Positions 62,687 through 64,000 of a DNA stretch of 64,000 bases are shown piece by piece. The translations under genes and the position numbers were made by a program. The stretch covers positions 38,876,001 to 38,940,000 of the forward strand of contig OZ076409.1 in NCBI GenBank assembly GCA_964187785.1, read 5' to 3'. Below the pieces are notes generated by a model. The model was given only the letters and a program-made list of their open reading frames with translations. It made no database searches and was not told where the DNA came from. The first letter of the stretch is position 1; each line of letters begins with the position of its first letter. The DNA comes from Amphiscolops sp. MND2022 (Eukaryota).

Positions 62687-64000
62687 AAAACTTACGGTAA
62701 AACAATTCAAAACTATGCTTAATCTTAGCCCAACAGTACTATTTTATATTTTTACCGTGATGGACCTGTGGTCCACACGGCTACATCTCAAATTTCATTT
62801 TTACCTTACGAGAATATACTTAATTGATGAGTTCTGTGCCTGTTTGATTGATTAGATGAATTTGTAATGTAATCAATTGAATGTAAAGTAATGCTTGCTG
62901 AATAGTAGGAAACGTGTTCAAATGAACGCTTGTTGACGTCCGGCGTACGTACCGGCCTTATTTAAATGAACCAATCAGAGTGCTGTACATTCTTATCATT
63001 ATTATTGCTGTAGCCACGTGGACCGAAGGTCTACCGCGGTGTTATTAGCTGCCAATTAGTCGATGCTATTATGTGTATTGTAGCCGCGCGTACTGTCAGT
63101 CCGCGACAGTTACTACTATTTAGAGCAGTAATTTAAGTAAACTGATGTAGTTACTCGGACCTTAAGTCTATTAGTACAGTATTAATGGATGATTTGTTTG
63201 TTATGATACTTGTCAGACATGAAATATTAAAGTAAACATGTAACTATTTAAAGCAAAATGTGCTTATTTTAGATCTAATATCACACTTACAGACCATTGG
63301 TCAATCCCTCCATTTTACCCTGATGCTATATTTAGCTGCAATTTGATGTAGTAATATTGACGTCATGTACCAAAATATAATCGGGAGCTATTATTAGTAA
63401 CATGACCAGCATAATTTTGCGGGTCATGCAGTGTGAAGTATATATAGCGGGGACCGGTAGGCCCCAGGATGATTCTTTCTGATTTCACGAAACTATCAAC
63501 TACATACACTTCTGATTCAATTTGTTACGCTACGAGACTTATTGGAATAATAGACCATTAGTCAATTCATTATTAATCTCCAAAGTTAGTTCAATGCCCT
63601 CAACAAGGAGACAGAAAGCCAAAGAGAGACGCTCTAGGCAATTAGACATAATGTCTGATGTAGAAAATGTTGATATAATGCTTGGTAGTTACTCTAGAGA
63701 TGATGAAGAGAATAACATGAGCGAAAGTGAAATGAATTTGGGCTCAGGGTCCAGTAGACCACAACAAAGTTCGAATGTTATAGGAGAGGATTTCAGGTCA
63801 TTACTTAATACCAATAGCAGAGAAAATAGTGAAATCACTATTGAGACCACAAGGTTGATAAATGAAGAAATTTCTAATCAAGTGACTAGAAAACTCAATG
63901 AAATCAAAACTAGTTTGAATTCCCAAATTCAGGACGCGATTACAGTCGCAATAACACGCACGGTGCTTCCTTCTATCCAAAACACACTAGAAACGCAGGT
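62595..64000 (+). repeat. 3' LTR (partial, window end), again containing the gag start (ATG 63594)
   Basis: Direct repeat of 48359-49765. Confidence 0.95.

Larger units (their letters stand above)
48359..64000 (+). mobile_element. Large Ty3/Gypsy LTR retrotransposon (~15.9 kb predicted) with accessory genes; 3' LTR runs off the window
   Basis: 48359 onward repeated at 62595 (offset 14236, about 10 differences in 1.4 kb); PPT AGGGGAG 62588-62594; PR-RT-RH-IN order. Confidence 0.95.

Overview
Animal (invertebrate-type) genomic DNA, AT-rich and dominated by transposable elements, with one 200-N assembly gap (21249-21448). The only host-like gene seen is the first coding exon of an aminergic-type class A GPCR (41625-41873, minus). 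Left to right: (1) a young BEL/Pao LTR retrotransposon (181-7865, minus, TSD GGTTC) whose LTRs carry a tRNA-like A-box/B-box cassette; (2) Helentron/DINE-like and CMC-like non-autonomous elements, palindromes and minisatellites; (3) two solo LTRs with exact 5-bp TSDs and one gap-truncated LTR, each containing a gag-like 5' ORF; (4) a degenerate BEL-derived LTR element (21449-39032) holding five tandem ~2.43-kb units bounded by (CAT)n, each with a C2H2 zinc-finger ORF; (5) a ~16-kb Ty3/Gypsy element (48359 to beyond 64000). Element (5) is the most interesting system. Its 1.64-kb LTRs contain the first 214 gag codons. Between pol and the 3' LTR it carries a divergent accessory gene pair: an uninterrupted, antisense, six-exon gene model (~1296 aa) resembling a catalytically dead hAT transposase with a zinc finger, and a 273-aa acidic protein with SIM-like motifs that ends inside the 3' LTR. 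A palindromic GGAC-N5-GTCC motif recurs across this element and the related solo LTR. All family assignments come from reading motifs by eye; no database search was run.
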